Below are positions 36,962 to 46,817 of a DNA stretch of 64,000 nt, piece after piece. The notes below the pieces were generated by a model. The model had not been told where the DNA came from, searched no databases, and was given only the letters and a program-made list of their open reading frames with translations. The stretch is from NCBI GenBank assembly GCA_963664325.2, contig CAXXDQ010000007.1, positions 896,001 through 960,000 on the forward strand, read 5' to 3'. The position numbers and the translations under genes were made by a program. Numbering within the stretch: the stretch's first letter is position 1; every line of letters begins with the position of its first letter. This stretch comes from Desulfomonilia bacterium (lineage in GTDB: Bacteria; Desulfobacterota; Desulfomonilia; UBA1062).

Positions 36962-39900
36962 GTCGAGATTCTTGCGGGCAGCGCTCCCGGGGCCGCCGCC
37001 TGAGCTTGCGTCTGGGCCTCCTTGGCCTTGGCCTTGAGCACCGTCTCGTGTCCGCTGAACCTGTAATGCACCTTGATGAACCTTATGCCCATTGCCCTGA
37101 GCGCGGCTCTCTTGTTCGGAAATTCAGAGGCGCTGAAGGTACGGCTTCCTCCTGGAAAGTCCTTGAGGAAAGCCACGAATGCATCGGGACCCGAGTAATT
37201 TCTGGTAAGTGTGATGCTCCCCACGTCAATGGAAAATGAAACGCCAGTGCACCTCTGGGAAGACCAGGTGAAGGCCTTCCTGACCGGGTAGTTCATGTTG
37301 ACCAGGCTCTGCAGCTGATCGCACTGTAGCTCCAGCCGGGTCGCATTGGGCTGGGTTGTCGCTCCTTCATTCGTCTCCGTCGGAAGCCCCTCAACAAGCA
37401 CGGTCGAATCGGGCGTAGGGCCGGCCGGTGCAGCCATAACGGCCTGGCCGACGCGCGCCCTCGAGAAAAAGCCCTTGAATGCCTCTTCGAAGGGTATCGT
37501 CCTTCCGATGACCTGCTTGGCGGAATAACCTCCGCCTACACTTCTTGAAACAAACGGCGCCGCCGATCCCTTTATGAACTTGGTCCCGTATCCTTCGGGC
37601 GAAAACATGAGCTGGTTAAGCTGCATGGGATCGCTTATCCCCTGAACCTCGACAAGGACTTCCTTCTCCCATATTTCCTGAAGCCTGCAGGACGTCTCCT
37701 GGCATGCATATGCCCAGAGGAAGTTTATGGGACCGCTCACCAGCGACCAGAAGGGTTCCGCAGGCGGCGTCTGGCTTGACGACATGAGCGTTTTAAAGGC
37801 GTTCACGGCGGGAAGCACCGGAGACTTCGACGGGTCGTCGTTAAAGGTCTGGCTGGCGGCCTGAAATGCGGCCTGCCTGGACGTCGTAACTATCTGGGCG
37901 GCCTTTGCCAGGGATTTCATATATTCGTTCAGGGCCCTGGCCTCATTAAACCTCGAAGGCTGATCCGGCTTCTCCGTCGCACTTCTAACATCGGTTTTGG
38001 TCTGCAGCTTTTCTTTCAATTTTTCAACGGTCTCGGCCGCCTTGGAAACGGCCCCGGTATCCAGTGCGGCAGCCACAGCCCCGAGTGAATCAATTTCCAT
38101 GACCAGGTTCATCCACGAGGGATCATTCCCTGTGCTGTACGGTTTCAGCTCCTGGGCCATCTTTTTAATGAGGGCCAGGTAAGGGCCGGCGCCTCCCATC
38201 TTCTGGGCTGCGAGCCTCCATTCTTCCTGGCCTTTCAGCCTTTCAGCACCTCTTGGAAAGACGAGCCCGAAATTATGCCAGGCATCCAGATATGAATTTT
38301 TATACCAGGTCACATACTCCTGTTTCCTCGAGGTGATGAGGCCCGGATCGGAAACTGCGGTCTCCATGTCGGCAAGGAACAGCTCCAGCTGTTTTTTGCC
38401 TTCAGCGGTAAACGCGGGTTCTACCCTGACATCTTCAAGTACGGGATTGCCGCCTCCCCAGAAAGATTTCAGCGTAACCGCATAATTAGGATACATCTCG
38501 TTTACCCAGCCTGTAACCCAGTGCAGGTCCTGCCTGTTTTTCAGTATGATCTCGAGCAGGGACTTAAGGTTCCTCATCTCGCTTTCAAGCACGGCATTGT
38601 CTTCTTCCCATACGAGCCGCCAGAAATACAGTCCCATCAGTTTTTTGGCAGCCTCGGGATTATCAGTTCCCGGGGCCGCAAGATTGTAGGTTTGTGCATC
38701 ATCAGGACCCAGGTCATTATTGAGCCTGTTCCTGACCATTATCATCCGGCTTACTATGTGTATGGCATACATGCCTATGGCCGTTTCGGTTCCTGATACA
38801 GATATATTTGTCACCGAGGCTGAAAGCTGCCTGTCATAGGGCTTCAAGAGCGTGATATCATACGCACGGCAATACTGCTTCTTTAAAAGCTTTTCGACAT
38901 CCCTGCTCTCGGTAAGCCCGAAGGAGGGCATCCACCAGGACCTGTTCTTCTTTTCTATGGCAAGTATCGAGTTCCTGAACTTCTCCATGTATGCGGAATC
39001 AGCGGTAATCTCGCCTTTAACGGCAGGCCTGCCCAGGAATTCTGCAGGGACGCCCCTGATAATCCCCAGGTTGCGAACGAATGAAAAGCTCAAAAGACCG
39101 CATATGGCTATGCCTATGGCCAGCCACGCCATAAGCCCGAGGTTCTTTGTAAGCCTGTTCCATGCCACGGCCTGTTTTGTGGGGGCAAAAAGCCCGCGCT
39201 CCGAAGGCAGTATCGAGGCAAAAAAATCATGCAGGAAAAGGCCTTTGCTTGTATTGGGCAGCATATCCCTTTCATCGATAAGCCCGAGGCTCTTCAGGAA
39301 ATGCGAATAAGGGCTGCCCTGCTGCTGTCCACTCGAAAAGTACAGCCCCCGGAACATGGGTGTTTCCTGATAGGGATTGACCTGGAACACCCCTTTCAGG
39401 AACGGGCCAAGCCCCGAGCGCATCTTTCCGAATTCCTCGGGGAACAGGAGGAGGGCCGGGTCAAGCGACTGGGGTTTGTGGAATATGACGAGCCTCAGGG
39501 CTGCAAGCCTTTCCGAGAGGGTGTTCATGGCGCTGTTTATAAATGCGTTGAAATCCTGAGAAGTATCGCTGTTGACCGCACCGAATGCCTGCTGGAGATT
39601 CTCTTCGGGGAGCTGGTTTGAAAACTGCGTCATGCCCTGGATCAGGTCGCACTTGGTCACGAGGACATAAACCGGGGACTTGCTCCCGAGCACCCTCATG
39701 AGCTCGCTGATTCGCTTGCGTATCTCCTTGCCTTCCTCTTCGAGCTTTTCAGGCGCGCTCTCCACCAGGCTGTCCGCGGATACGGTTACTACAAGTCCGC
39801 TGAGAGGCTCCTTCTTTCTGTATCTGGAAAGGAGGTTTAAAAATTTCTGCCACTCGTCCCTGTCACGGCCCTCGTCGACCGGGATTGCATACCTGCCCGC

Positions 39901-40410
39901 CGTGTCAATGATTATGGCCTGCTCGAAGAACCACCAGTCGCAGTTTTTCGTTCCCGAGAAGCCGGAAACCCTGTTCATCTCGGCAAAGGGAGAGGAAAGC
40001 CTTGCACTTTTTATGGCCGTGGTTTTGCCCGAGCCGCTTTCACCCAGAACCATGTACCATGGCAGGATATAAAGGGGGTTGCCTAGCTTTTTCAGGTGTG
40101 ATCCTTTGAGGGCATTCACCGCCTCCCTGAACCGGTCCTGGAGCTCGGTGAAATTCTTTCTGTCATCTTCCCTGAGCGTTTTTATATAGGCCTCATCCTG
40201 CTCGATAATACGGCTTACAAACTCCTGCTCCTTTTTTTTCTTCAGGAACTGCCTGATAATGAATGCGGCTATGCCTATGCCGGCAAACCCGAACAGCAGG
40301 AAAAACCCGACCCACCAGGGCCAGCCCAGGACAAGTACGATTCCGAAGGATATGAGGCAGACAAGAACAGCGGCCAGTATTATTATGAGATATTTTATAA
40401 GGCCTTTCAT
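36946..40410 (-). CDS. tssM: T6SS membrane subunit TssM (IcmF)
   Basis: LPWYMVLGESGSGKTT, CDWWF, IDTAGRY, VLVTKCDL, FRGLYFSSG; TM helices. Confidence 0.95.
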   Translation of the reverse strand: MKGLIKYLIIILAAVLVCLISFGIVLVLGWPWWVGFFLLFGFAGIGIAAFIIRQFLKKKKEQEFVSRIIEQDEAYIKTLREDDRKNFTELQDRFREAVNALKGSHLKKLGNPLYILPWYMVLGESGSGKTTAIKSARLSSPFAEMNRVSGFSGTKNCDWWFFEQAIIIDTAGRYAIPVDEGRDRDEWQKFLNLLSRYRKKEPLSGLVVTVSADSLVESAPEKLEEEGKEIRKRISELMRVLGSKSPVYVLVTKCDLIQGMTQFSNQLPEENLQQAFGAVNSDTSQDFNAFINSAMNTLSERLAALRLVIFHKPQSLDPALLLFPEEFGKMRSGLGPFLKGVFQVNPYQETPMFRGLYFSSGQQQGSPYSHFLKSLGLIDERDMLPNTSKGLFLHDFFASILPSERGLFAPTKQAVAWNRLTKNLGLMAWLAIGIAICGLLSFSFVRNLGIIRGVPAEFLGRPAVKGEITADSAYMEKFRNSILAIEKKNRSWWMPSFGLTESRDVEKLLKKQYCRAYDITLLKPYDRQLSASVTNISVSGTETAIGMYAIHIVSRMIMVRNRLNNDLGPDDAQTYNLAAPGTDNPEAAKKLMGLYFWRLVWEEDNAVLESEMRNLKSLLEIILKNRQDLHWVTGWVNEMYPNYAVTLKSFWGGGNPVLEDVRVEPAFTAEGKKQLELFLADMETAVSDPGLITSRKQEYVTWYKNSYLDAWHNFGLVFPRGAERLKGQEEWRLAAQKMGGAGPYLALIKKMAQELKPYSTGNDPSWMNLVMEIDSLGAVAAALDTGAVSKAAETVEKLKEKLQTKTDVRSATEKPDQPSRFNEARALNEYMKSLAKAAQIVTTSRQAAFQAASQTFNDDPSKSPVLPAVNAFKTLMSSSQTPPAEPFWSLVSGPINFLWAYACQETSCRLQEIWEKEVLVEVQGISDPMQLNQLMFSPEGYGTKFIKGSAAPFVSRSVGGGYSAKQVIGRTIPFEEAFKGFFSRARVGQAVMAAPAGPTPDSTVLVEGLPTETNEGATTQPNATRLELQCDQLQSLVNMNYPVRKAFTWSSQRCTGVSFSIDVGSITLTRNYSGPDAFVAFLKDFPGGSRTFSASEFPNKRAALRAMGIRFIKVHYRFSGHETVLKAKAKEAQTQAQAAAPGALPARISTCWAP

Positions 40411-40411
40411 T

Positions 40412-41077
40412 TCACGGCACCAGTGTGGCGGCTATGTTGCCCAGAACGAAATAGTAGATGCCGTAAAGCAGTCCGAAGAGAGCCACCGGGACTGCAACAA
40501 GTATGATGTTGAAGAGGCCTGTGCCCATAGTGCCGCCGGCCTTTACAGGGACATTACCAAGAGGCGGATATGCCTCGGGAAAAAGCTGCGTTTTTTTGAG
40601 TGTAGGGATTCCGGCCGAACTTCCCATGAGGACCTTGAGGTTTGATGTCTTCAGCTGATCAAGCAGGAACTTATCCCCTTCCTTGCAGTACCTGCCCATG
40701 AACCCCATCGCAAGGCACAGGTAATAGACCTCCCTTGCATCGTTGTCCTGCGGCCCGAGCGCATTGAGCTTTTCAAAGAAATTTTCACCCGCGGCCAGTG
40801 TCTGGTAATATTTAAGCTGAAGCGGCTCCTTCTGCCAGGCCGGCTTATCATTCCACCCTGAGCTCAGGACTGCCTCGTCAATCCAGGCGCACACGGCGTA
40901 GCGTGCAATGTCCGCTTCTTCTCCGCCGAAGGCTTCGACGGCTTCGATGTAGGCGGCGGAAAGCATGCCTTCGACCCTGGACCTGACCTGTTCGAACGGC
41001 TGCTGCTTCTTCGCCGCAGACTTCAGGAAATAAGCGACAAAGGCAACAAGCTCCATGTAGCAGTCGGACAGTCTCAT
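40412..41077 (-). CDS. tssL: T6SS TssL (DotU)
   Basis: YAVCAWIDEAVL, W...PLQ, AGENFF, EVYYLCLAMGF.GRY, C-terminal TM. Confidence 0.9.
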   Translation of the reverse strand: MRLSDCYMELVAFVAYFLKSAAKKQQPFEQVRSRVEGMLSAAYIEAVEAFGGEEADIARYAVCAWIDEAVLSSGWNDKPAWQKEPLQLKYYQTLAAGENFFEKLNALGPQDNDAREVYYLCLAMGFMGRYCKEGDKFLLDQLKTSNLKVLMGSSAGIPTLKKTQLFPEAYPPLGNVPVKAGGTMGTGLFNIILVAVPVALFGLLYGIYYFVLGNIAATLVP

Positions 41078-41079
41078 CT

Positions 41080-42459
41080 CTAGCCTCTCCCCGTAACCAT
41101 GAGTTCGACCTTGAGGTCCGCCGGTGCGGAATCCCAGAACAGCGCAATGTTCTTCCCCTTAAAGACATTGCCCCATTGATCGGTGTTGTGATCAAGCTGA
41201 TAATACACGGCCCCGGCCCTTCTCGGGAGTTCCTGCGGCGGCCTGTCGAGCCTTGTCAGCGTAACGCCGGGCAGGGCCCTTACAATGAGAATAGGGAGAG
41301 ATTCCCTTGAAGAAACCTTGGCACCGGCCTGCATGGAATTAATCATGGCCTTTGAATCTGCGGAGGACTCTATCACCAGGAAGAACCTGTTCTTCCCCTC
41401 GAATATCGAGGCCGGAAGATCGGCGGAATAGTATGTCCCGTCATAAACAAGTGAATAAACATATTCAGGTCCCGCCGTTATCTCGTCAAGCAGTGAAGTT
41501 ATAACGCTCTGCGCCTTGGAAAAACATGTTCCAAGGTTGCCGTGCCGATATTTGGGGAAGACATCTTCCGCGATGTCGCCAGCCCAGTTGTATTTTTCCG
41601 AAAAGCTGGAAAGTTCGCCGATAAGCTGCCTCATCAGTCCGAATGCAGCCAGCGGGTGAACCTGCGCGGAATCCGTCATCTGATACAGAAGCGGCAGATA
41701 ACGGTTAAGGGTCATGAGCGCCAGCAGGTAAACCATATCGCGCGAGCCGAAGTCCGATGTCTGGATGCCGCGGTCTCTCTTGAAACCCTCAAGCTGGAAG
41801 GCTTTTGCGGCAATCTGGTCACGGATTTCCCTGACAACCTTTTCAAGCTGGCTTGATGACGACAGCGTGAGGCTGGGGGGGATAAACGTCTCGGAAAGCA
41901 CGACCTCTTCGCCCCTTCTCTCAAGCTGGGCCACAGGTATTATTTCATAGTCGCCTAGCCTGTCCTTCTCGGTCTCCCAGAACACCCTTATCGCATATTT
42001 TATGGACCTCACTTCGGAAGGAGGGCCATCAAGGTGCAGATCAGGGATTTCCTCGGGTTCGAGGAATGATACATACCTCGTATTTATACCGGTAACAGTA
42101 TCCTTTGCGGATATGTTGGTTACATTTTTGCCCGATTCTTCAAGCCTTTTTATCCCGACATACACGCTCAGCGGTTTGCCTCCCTCAATCAGGCCTGCAT
42201 CGAATTTCCTGGTCTCGCAGACCGCGTTTTCGGGAAACTTGGCATAGCTCATATCCGGAAAAACAAAGGCGGATTTTGCTATCTGGAAACTGCCCGTCCC
42301 AAGAGAAGCCTCCAGTATCTCGAGCCTGCCCACACCCCACATCTCGCTTCCCATGTAACGGAAAACAGGCTCGATCTGAGACTGCGAAAAAAGCTGCAGG
42401 AGCTGCAAATGCTGGGGCTGCAGGAAAAGCCCCTGATGCCACAATAGCGGTTTTTCCAT
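41080..42459 (-). CDS. tssK: T6SS baseplate TssK
   Basis: W.QGLFLQPQHLQ, FIPP.L, HP...F, Y.H.NL..CF, ALPGV.L. Confidence 0.9.
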   Translation of the reverse strand: MEKPLLWHQGLFLQPQHLQLLQLFSQSQIEPVFRYMGSEMWGVGRLEILEASLGTGSFQIAKSAFVFPDMSYAKFPENAVCETRKFDAGLIEGGKPLSVYVGIKRLEESGKNVTNISAKDTVTGINTRYVSFLEPEEIPDLHLDGPPSEVRSIKYAIRVFWETEKDRLGDYEIIPVAQLERRGEEVVLSETFIPPSLTLSSSSQLEKVVREIRDQIAAKAFQLEGFKRDRGIQTSDFGSRDMVYLLALMTLNRYLPLLYQMTDSAQVHPLAAFGLMRQLIGELSSFSEKYNWAGDIAEDVFPKYRHGNLGTCFSKAQSVITSLLDEITAGPEYVYSLVYDGTYYSADLPASIFEGKNRFFLVIESSADSKAMINSMQAGAKVSSRESLPILIVRALPGVTLTRLDRPPQELPRRAGAVYYQLDHNTDQWGNVFKGKNIALFWDSAPADLKVELMVTGRG

Positions 42460-42473
42460 AATTGTCTTCCCTC

Positions 42474-42998
42474 TTATTTTGAATTTATTTCTTTAGGTCC
42501 GAGACTCAAGGTAATCTCAAGCTTGCCCGGCACCTTTTTCTTTTTAAGCTTGAGAAAACCGTATCTCTGATTCACTTCCGGGATCTTATAAAGCCTGATG
42601 ATCTTATCCTTCTCCAGCTTGTAATACCCGGCTACGACAGCCACATATTTTGTGCCTTCCGCCCTGTCGATAAGCATCTTCTGGTTCTTCCCCGGATCGA
42701 CGAAAATCCTGGTGCAGGCGATTGCACTGGAATCGAAAACGCTGCAGTCAAGAAGTTTGTAAAGCCCCTCTTCATTGCTGGCGAGCTGATTGAACATCGA
42801 CTGGTCTTTAAGCTGATAAAGGCACATTGCAAGCTTATGCCCCTTGTTCCCCTTCAGGTTGAGCCTTGCGTCGGGCCTGATATCCAGGACAATCGCGCCC
42901 TTCTCTTCCACCCACTGAACTATATCCGGCGAAGAAGCGCATGAACACAGGATAACGGCAACAGCAAACATCATAGCAGCATATCTTGATATTTTCAT
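42474..42998 (-). CDS. tssJ: T6SS lipoprotein TssJ
   Basis: Lipoprotein signal (ILCSC), LN......H.L..CLYQLKD, YVAVVAGY. Confidence 0.85.
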   Translation of the reverse strand: MKISRYAAMMFAVAVILCSCASSPDIVQWVEEKGAIVLDIRPDARLNLKGNKGHKLAMCLYQLKDQSMFNQLASNEEGLYKLLDCSVFDSSAIACTRIFVDPGKNQKMLIDRAEGTKYVAVVAGYYKLEKDKIIRLYKIPEVNQRYGFLKLKKKKVPGKLEITLSLGPKEINSK

Positions 42999-43002
42999 AA
43001 TA

Positions 43003-43734
43003 TTACCCCCTGTTTTCCATGAAAAGTCTCTGGCAGTTCTTTTCGAACTGCCTCAACAAGTCCTCCATGAAGCGGCCGGAATCATACCATTTCCTGCACT
43101 TCATGTATTTTCCCTCGAATATTTCGAAGGATTCGGCTTTTTTAAGCGGCCCTATTTTAAGACCCGTCTGGACAGGCTCCATCTGTTTCGGATCCAGTAC
43201 CGTCAGGACATTGCCGAGAACGCTTTTAGACGCATCCTTGAAGGCCTGCTGTGTTATCAGGAACGCCTTTTTTACCTGCCCGAGGTGTTCTTCAAGAGTT
43301 TTTCCCGACGCCTCACCTTCAAGGTTCGTCCCGATTATGTGGCGGATCGTTTCGTCGCCTTCTCCCGGCGTCCCGAGGGTTGCGTTGATAAGACCGATAA
43401 GCGTATTGAGCGAATCGAATATCACGTTCAGGGATTGCGCCAGCTTTTCCGGAAGGACATCTGCCGGTAATACCGATGCGCTCCTGCCCAGTATCAGGGG
43501 AACGAGTTTTTCCATTATTCCGGCATCGATACCGGCTGACGGTATGCCCCCGCATTCCCTGGGATTTTTCATAAGATTATCTTTTATAACGTCCAGTACC
43601 GCAATTTTTTCCATTGTGTCCCGACCGGCAAGCTCTCCCTCAAGCATTGCCTCGATGGAGGCTTCGGCTCCAGCCGGGCTGAAGCTGTATATTTTTTTTA
43701 TCTCTTCCGTCAGTTTTTTTAAATCCGCCGGCAA
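43003..43734 (-). CDS. T6SS-associated protein resembling the TagH/Fha C-terminal domain, no FHA domain seen
   Basis: Helical C-terminal half (QQAFKDA...VLTVLDPKQME...KKAESFEIFEGKY...F...LLRQFE); located where fha often sits, before tssJ. Confidence 0.5.
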   Translation of the reverse strand: MPADLKKLTEEIKKIYSFSPAGAEASIEAMLEGELAGRDTMEKIAVLDVIKDNLMKNPRECGGIPSAGIDAGIMEKLVPLILGRSASVLPADVLPEKLAQSLNVIFDSLNTLIGLINATLGTPGEGDETIRHIIGTNLEGEASGKTLEEHLGQVKKAFLITQQAFKDASKSVLGNVLTVLDPKQMEPVQTGLKIGPLKKAESFEIFEGKYMKCRKWYDSGRFMEDLLRQFEKNCQRLFMENRG

Positions 43735-43764
43735 TGTCCCCGTCCTTTATCAGAATCAAGTATT

Positions 43765-45771
43765 CTACTTTTTTATTATCACAGTCTCGCTCAGTTCATC
43801 ATCCTTATTTTCCAGTTTCCGTGTTTTCACCTCATCATCCTTTGCTGGATTGACCGCGGATTTTGGCGTCCTTTCAGCATTCCGGCCCATCATGATCGTC
43901 GCTTCCAGCAGGTCTTCAGGACTGCCGGTCGGTTCCGGCTTTTCTTCAGGAGGCTCTTTTGTTTTCCCGGCTTTTTTTGAGAGTGTCGCCGCATTGAGAA
44001 TTATCGTCTCATGAAAATCTTCCGGCTCTTCAATAATATCTGCTCCCTGCCCGGCCTTCTGTGCGGGTATTATGATGGTCTTTTCAAAAGATTCTTCCGG
44101 AGCGGACTCCTCAGTAACAAGAGGTGCTGTTTTTTCTGAACCCAGCCATTTTTCCCTTATATTATCGAGAATGCCGATGATCGCGGCGTTTAATTCCTCT
44201 CCTGGAACCGACTCATCCTTAGCAGCTGAAACCGCATGCGGGGCAGGCCCCTGCTCAAAGAGCATTTTTATTATCTCTCCTTTCAGGGTGTTAAGCGATG
44301 AAATAAATTCCTCTTCAGGAAAACCGCCATCTCCTGCATATCCATGAAGCATCAGCGAAACGCCTAAGGATACGGCTTCCCTGAAGAGATTCGAAAACTT
44401 TGCCCCTATAGAGCGGCCTGCAGGCTTGTAAAATATGTTTTCAGGACTGAAAACACCGCTGCCAAGCATTTCAGGGTCTAAAGTCTTCTTGCTGACAAAG
44501 GCGCTGAGCGCCTCTTTCAACCGGGCATCGATTTCTTTTTTCCCCGGACTCGGGTTTGATAAAAGAATATAGATCAATAACCTTCCGAAGAAATAGGCAA
44601 AATAGCTGTTCGGTGCGGAAGGAAGCATATGAAAGGATTCCTCGGTCTCGGGACCTTTAAGATAAACCGACCTGAAATTCCAGAATGCCGGCAGCAAACC
44701 TCCGCCATCAGGCAGCGTTACCCATATTGATTCGGGGCCCAGTCCCATGTCAGGATATTTAAGGTTGCCTGAACCCCTGACAACACGGGATAAAATTTCA
44801 GCGGCAAATGAAAGCTTTAAATACAATATTTCAAGAAAAGCCCTGTCGCCGTTTTCAAACAATAATGAGGATAGGGATTGCCTTGTTCTCTCAAATGATG
44901 CAACGGCATCAAGCCGGCCTGAAAATCCCCCTGCCCTGAGGCTGTCCTCAATTTCCTCAAATGATGCCCCTGACAGGAGCTGAAGAAAATCCGAGGCATT
45001 GATTGTACCGGCCTCGCTCAAAGCTGCATAAAACGGATAGAAGGAGAAACTCACGATATTGTTAAGCGCATGCCAGTCTTCTCCATAGCAGCCTGTTCTA
45101 TGCCCGCACGAGGAGCAGGGTATTCTTGGATCGGCCTTGACAAGCAGGTTCACATACTCCCGGACAAGAGAGCTTTTACCTTTGACCCCTTTCGGTTCGT
45201 CACTTCCCGCAGATCCTGTATAAAAAACCGGGGTCCTGCCCTGGGTCTGGCATTCGGGACAGTACAGATACCGTTTCAGGGATCCGGAATAGGATGCAAG
45301 ACCGTTATCCCTGAGCAGGTTTTCGTCCCTGCAGAGGTCAAAGCCGGATGAACAGGCCGGACAGACAGGTGTGAAATATGCCTTGTTCTTAATGCAGTAA
45401 AAAAGAGGGTCGAACGGAAGATATGCCCCGGCAGAATCTTTCCTGTCCGAGAGGAGCATATCATTATTTTCCGCAGATGATTTCAGCATTCTCTGCCAGC
45501 TTTCATCGAGAGTTCTATTCGTGACATCTTCCAGCAGATTGCCATACTGCAGGTACTCATCACGTGCAGTCACCACGAAAACCTCTTTGACGACAGACCC
45601 CGGGGAAGTGACAACATGCGCCTTCATCACTCTTGTAAACGGTCTTGACTCGTCTACTCCGGCAAAGGGATTTGGCATGGCTTCCGGTTCGGCACCAGTG
45701 TTTTTTATGTCAAGCTTCAGATAAATGCCGCCTGCGGTATCCTTTAAGAAGGCTGTAAATGTATTGTTCAT
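43765..45771 (-). CDS. Hypothetical Cys-rich T6SS-associated protein, first gene of the cluster
   Basis: 668 aa from MNNTF (AAGGA RBS); CPAC, CPEC, CSSC..C motifs; acidic tail with four acidic-T-hydrophobic repeats. Confidence 0.7.
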   Translation of the reverse strand: MNNTFTAFLKDTAGGIYLKLDIKNTGAEPEAMPNPFAGVDESRPFTRVMKAHVVTSPGSVVKEVFVVTARDEYLQYGNLLEDVTNRTLDESWQRMLKSSAENNDMLLSDRKDSAGAYLPFDPLFYCIKNKAYFTPVCPACSSGFDLCRDENLLRDNGLASYSGSLKRYLYCPECQTQGRTPVFYTGSAGSDEPKGVKGKSSLVREYVNLLVKADPRIPCSSCGHRTGCYGEDWHALNNIVSFSFYPFYAALSEAGTINASDFLQLLSGASFEEIEDSLRAGGFSGRLDAVASFERTRQSLSSLLFENGDRAFLEILYLKLSFAAEILSRVVRGSGNLKYPDMGLGPESIWVTLPDGGGLLPAFWNFRSVYLKGPETEESFHMLPSAPNSYFAYFFGRLLIYILLSNPSPGKKEIDARLKEALSAFVSKKTLDPEMLGSGVFSPENIFYKPAGRSIGAKFSNLFREAVSLGVSLMLHGYAGDGGFPEEEFISSLNTLKGEIIKMLFEQGPAPHAVSAAKDESVPGEELNAAIIGILDNIREKWLGSEKTAPLVTEESAPEESFEKTIIIPAQKAGQGADIIEEPEDFHETIILNAATLSKKAGKTKEPPEEKPEPTGSPEDLLEATIMMGRNAERTPKSAVNPAKDDEVKTRKLENKDDELSETVIIKK

Positions 45772-45867
45772 GATATCCTTTTCATTATCTTTTTTAATTT
45801 TCAAAGCTCCTCTGCCAGCGGTGAAAAATCCTGCAAGCTGTCCAGTGTTTCCGGAGGTGTGTTTCAG

Positions 45868-45902
45868 GCGTTTGCTATTGAATCCAACTGATTGCAAATA
45901 TT
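45868..45902 (-). promoter_or_regulatory. Bipartite motif upstream of the T6SS operon
   Basis: Plus strand GCGTTTGCTATTG-N13-GCAAATATT, shared with 24705-24738. Confidence 0.6.
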
Positions 45903-46001
45903 AATTTTTATAAGACAAAAGTCAAGCTTACAAAGGAATCCCCTTTGTCGTTATCGGATATCAATGTATAATGAAATTTCAAACTTATTCAGGAGGTAAC
46001 A

Positions 46002-46715
46002 ATGCCCATTACAGGCTACGCACTTGACGGTACGGTTGCCGTTGTCAGCCTTAACAGCGACGACAACAAACTCAAGCCCGTTTTCGTAAAATCTTTTTTG
46101 AAAACATTGGATGATATCGAACATACAACGGATGCAAAGGCCCTTGTTGTAACATCGTCGCATGACAGGATCTTTTCAAACGGTCTTGACCTCGATTGGG
46201 TTGTGCCTACGATCAACTCCGGCAAGCTGGCTGAATTCACAGAGTTTATTATCGATCTTATGAAGTTATACAGACGGATCCTCATGTTCCCGATGCCGAC
46301 GGTTGCGGCGATAAACGGGCATGCCTTCGCGGGCGGCGCAATATTGGCATGCTATTTCGATTACCGTTTCATGCGTTCCGATCGCGGCTTCATGTGTTTC
46401 CCCGAAGTTGACCTGGGAATACCTTTTTTACCCGGCATGATGGCTGCCATGCGCCATGTGATACCCGTCGACACACTTACCGGCATGGCGCTTGAAGGCA
46501 GGCGTCTGACAGGCTCGGAGTGCGCGGAAAGAAATATCGCTGTCCGGGCCCTGCCGAATGAAACGCTCCTCAATGAAGCGCTCGCTTTTGCAAAAACCAT
46601 CAGCAAGCGCCGCGAGATAATCTTCGAGATAAAAAAGGAGCTTTACAAAGACATCCTTCATGCAATGGATGTTGAGGACCCCAAGACAATAGCTTCAGGA
46701 CGGTTCAACGTATAA
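46002..46715 (+). CDS. Enoyl-CoA hydratase/isomerase family (delta3-delta2 isomerase-like)
   Basis: FSNGLDL, PTVAAINGHAFAGG, PEVDLG. Confidence 0.85.
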   Translation: MPITGYALDGTVAVVSLNSDDNKLKPVFVKSFLKTLDDIEHTTDAKALVVTSSHDRIFSNGLDLDWVVPTINSGKLAEFTEFIIDLMKLYRRILMFPMPTVAAINGHAFAGGAILACYFDYRFMRSDRGFMCFPEVDLGIPFLPGMMAAMRHVIPVDTLTGMALEGRRLTGSECAERNIAVRALPNETLLNEALAFAKTISKRREIIFEIKKELYKDILHAMDVEDPKTIASGRFNV

Positions 46716-46817
46716 CACCCTGTAAAGAAAAGACGGGATATGCGCCATGCAGCGCCTGGCGTTTTCCGGCTACTCCTTAATGCAGCCGGAAATGGCCTCC
46801 AGTCCCAGCCTCTTCCT

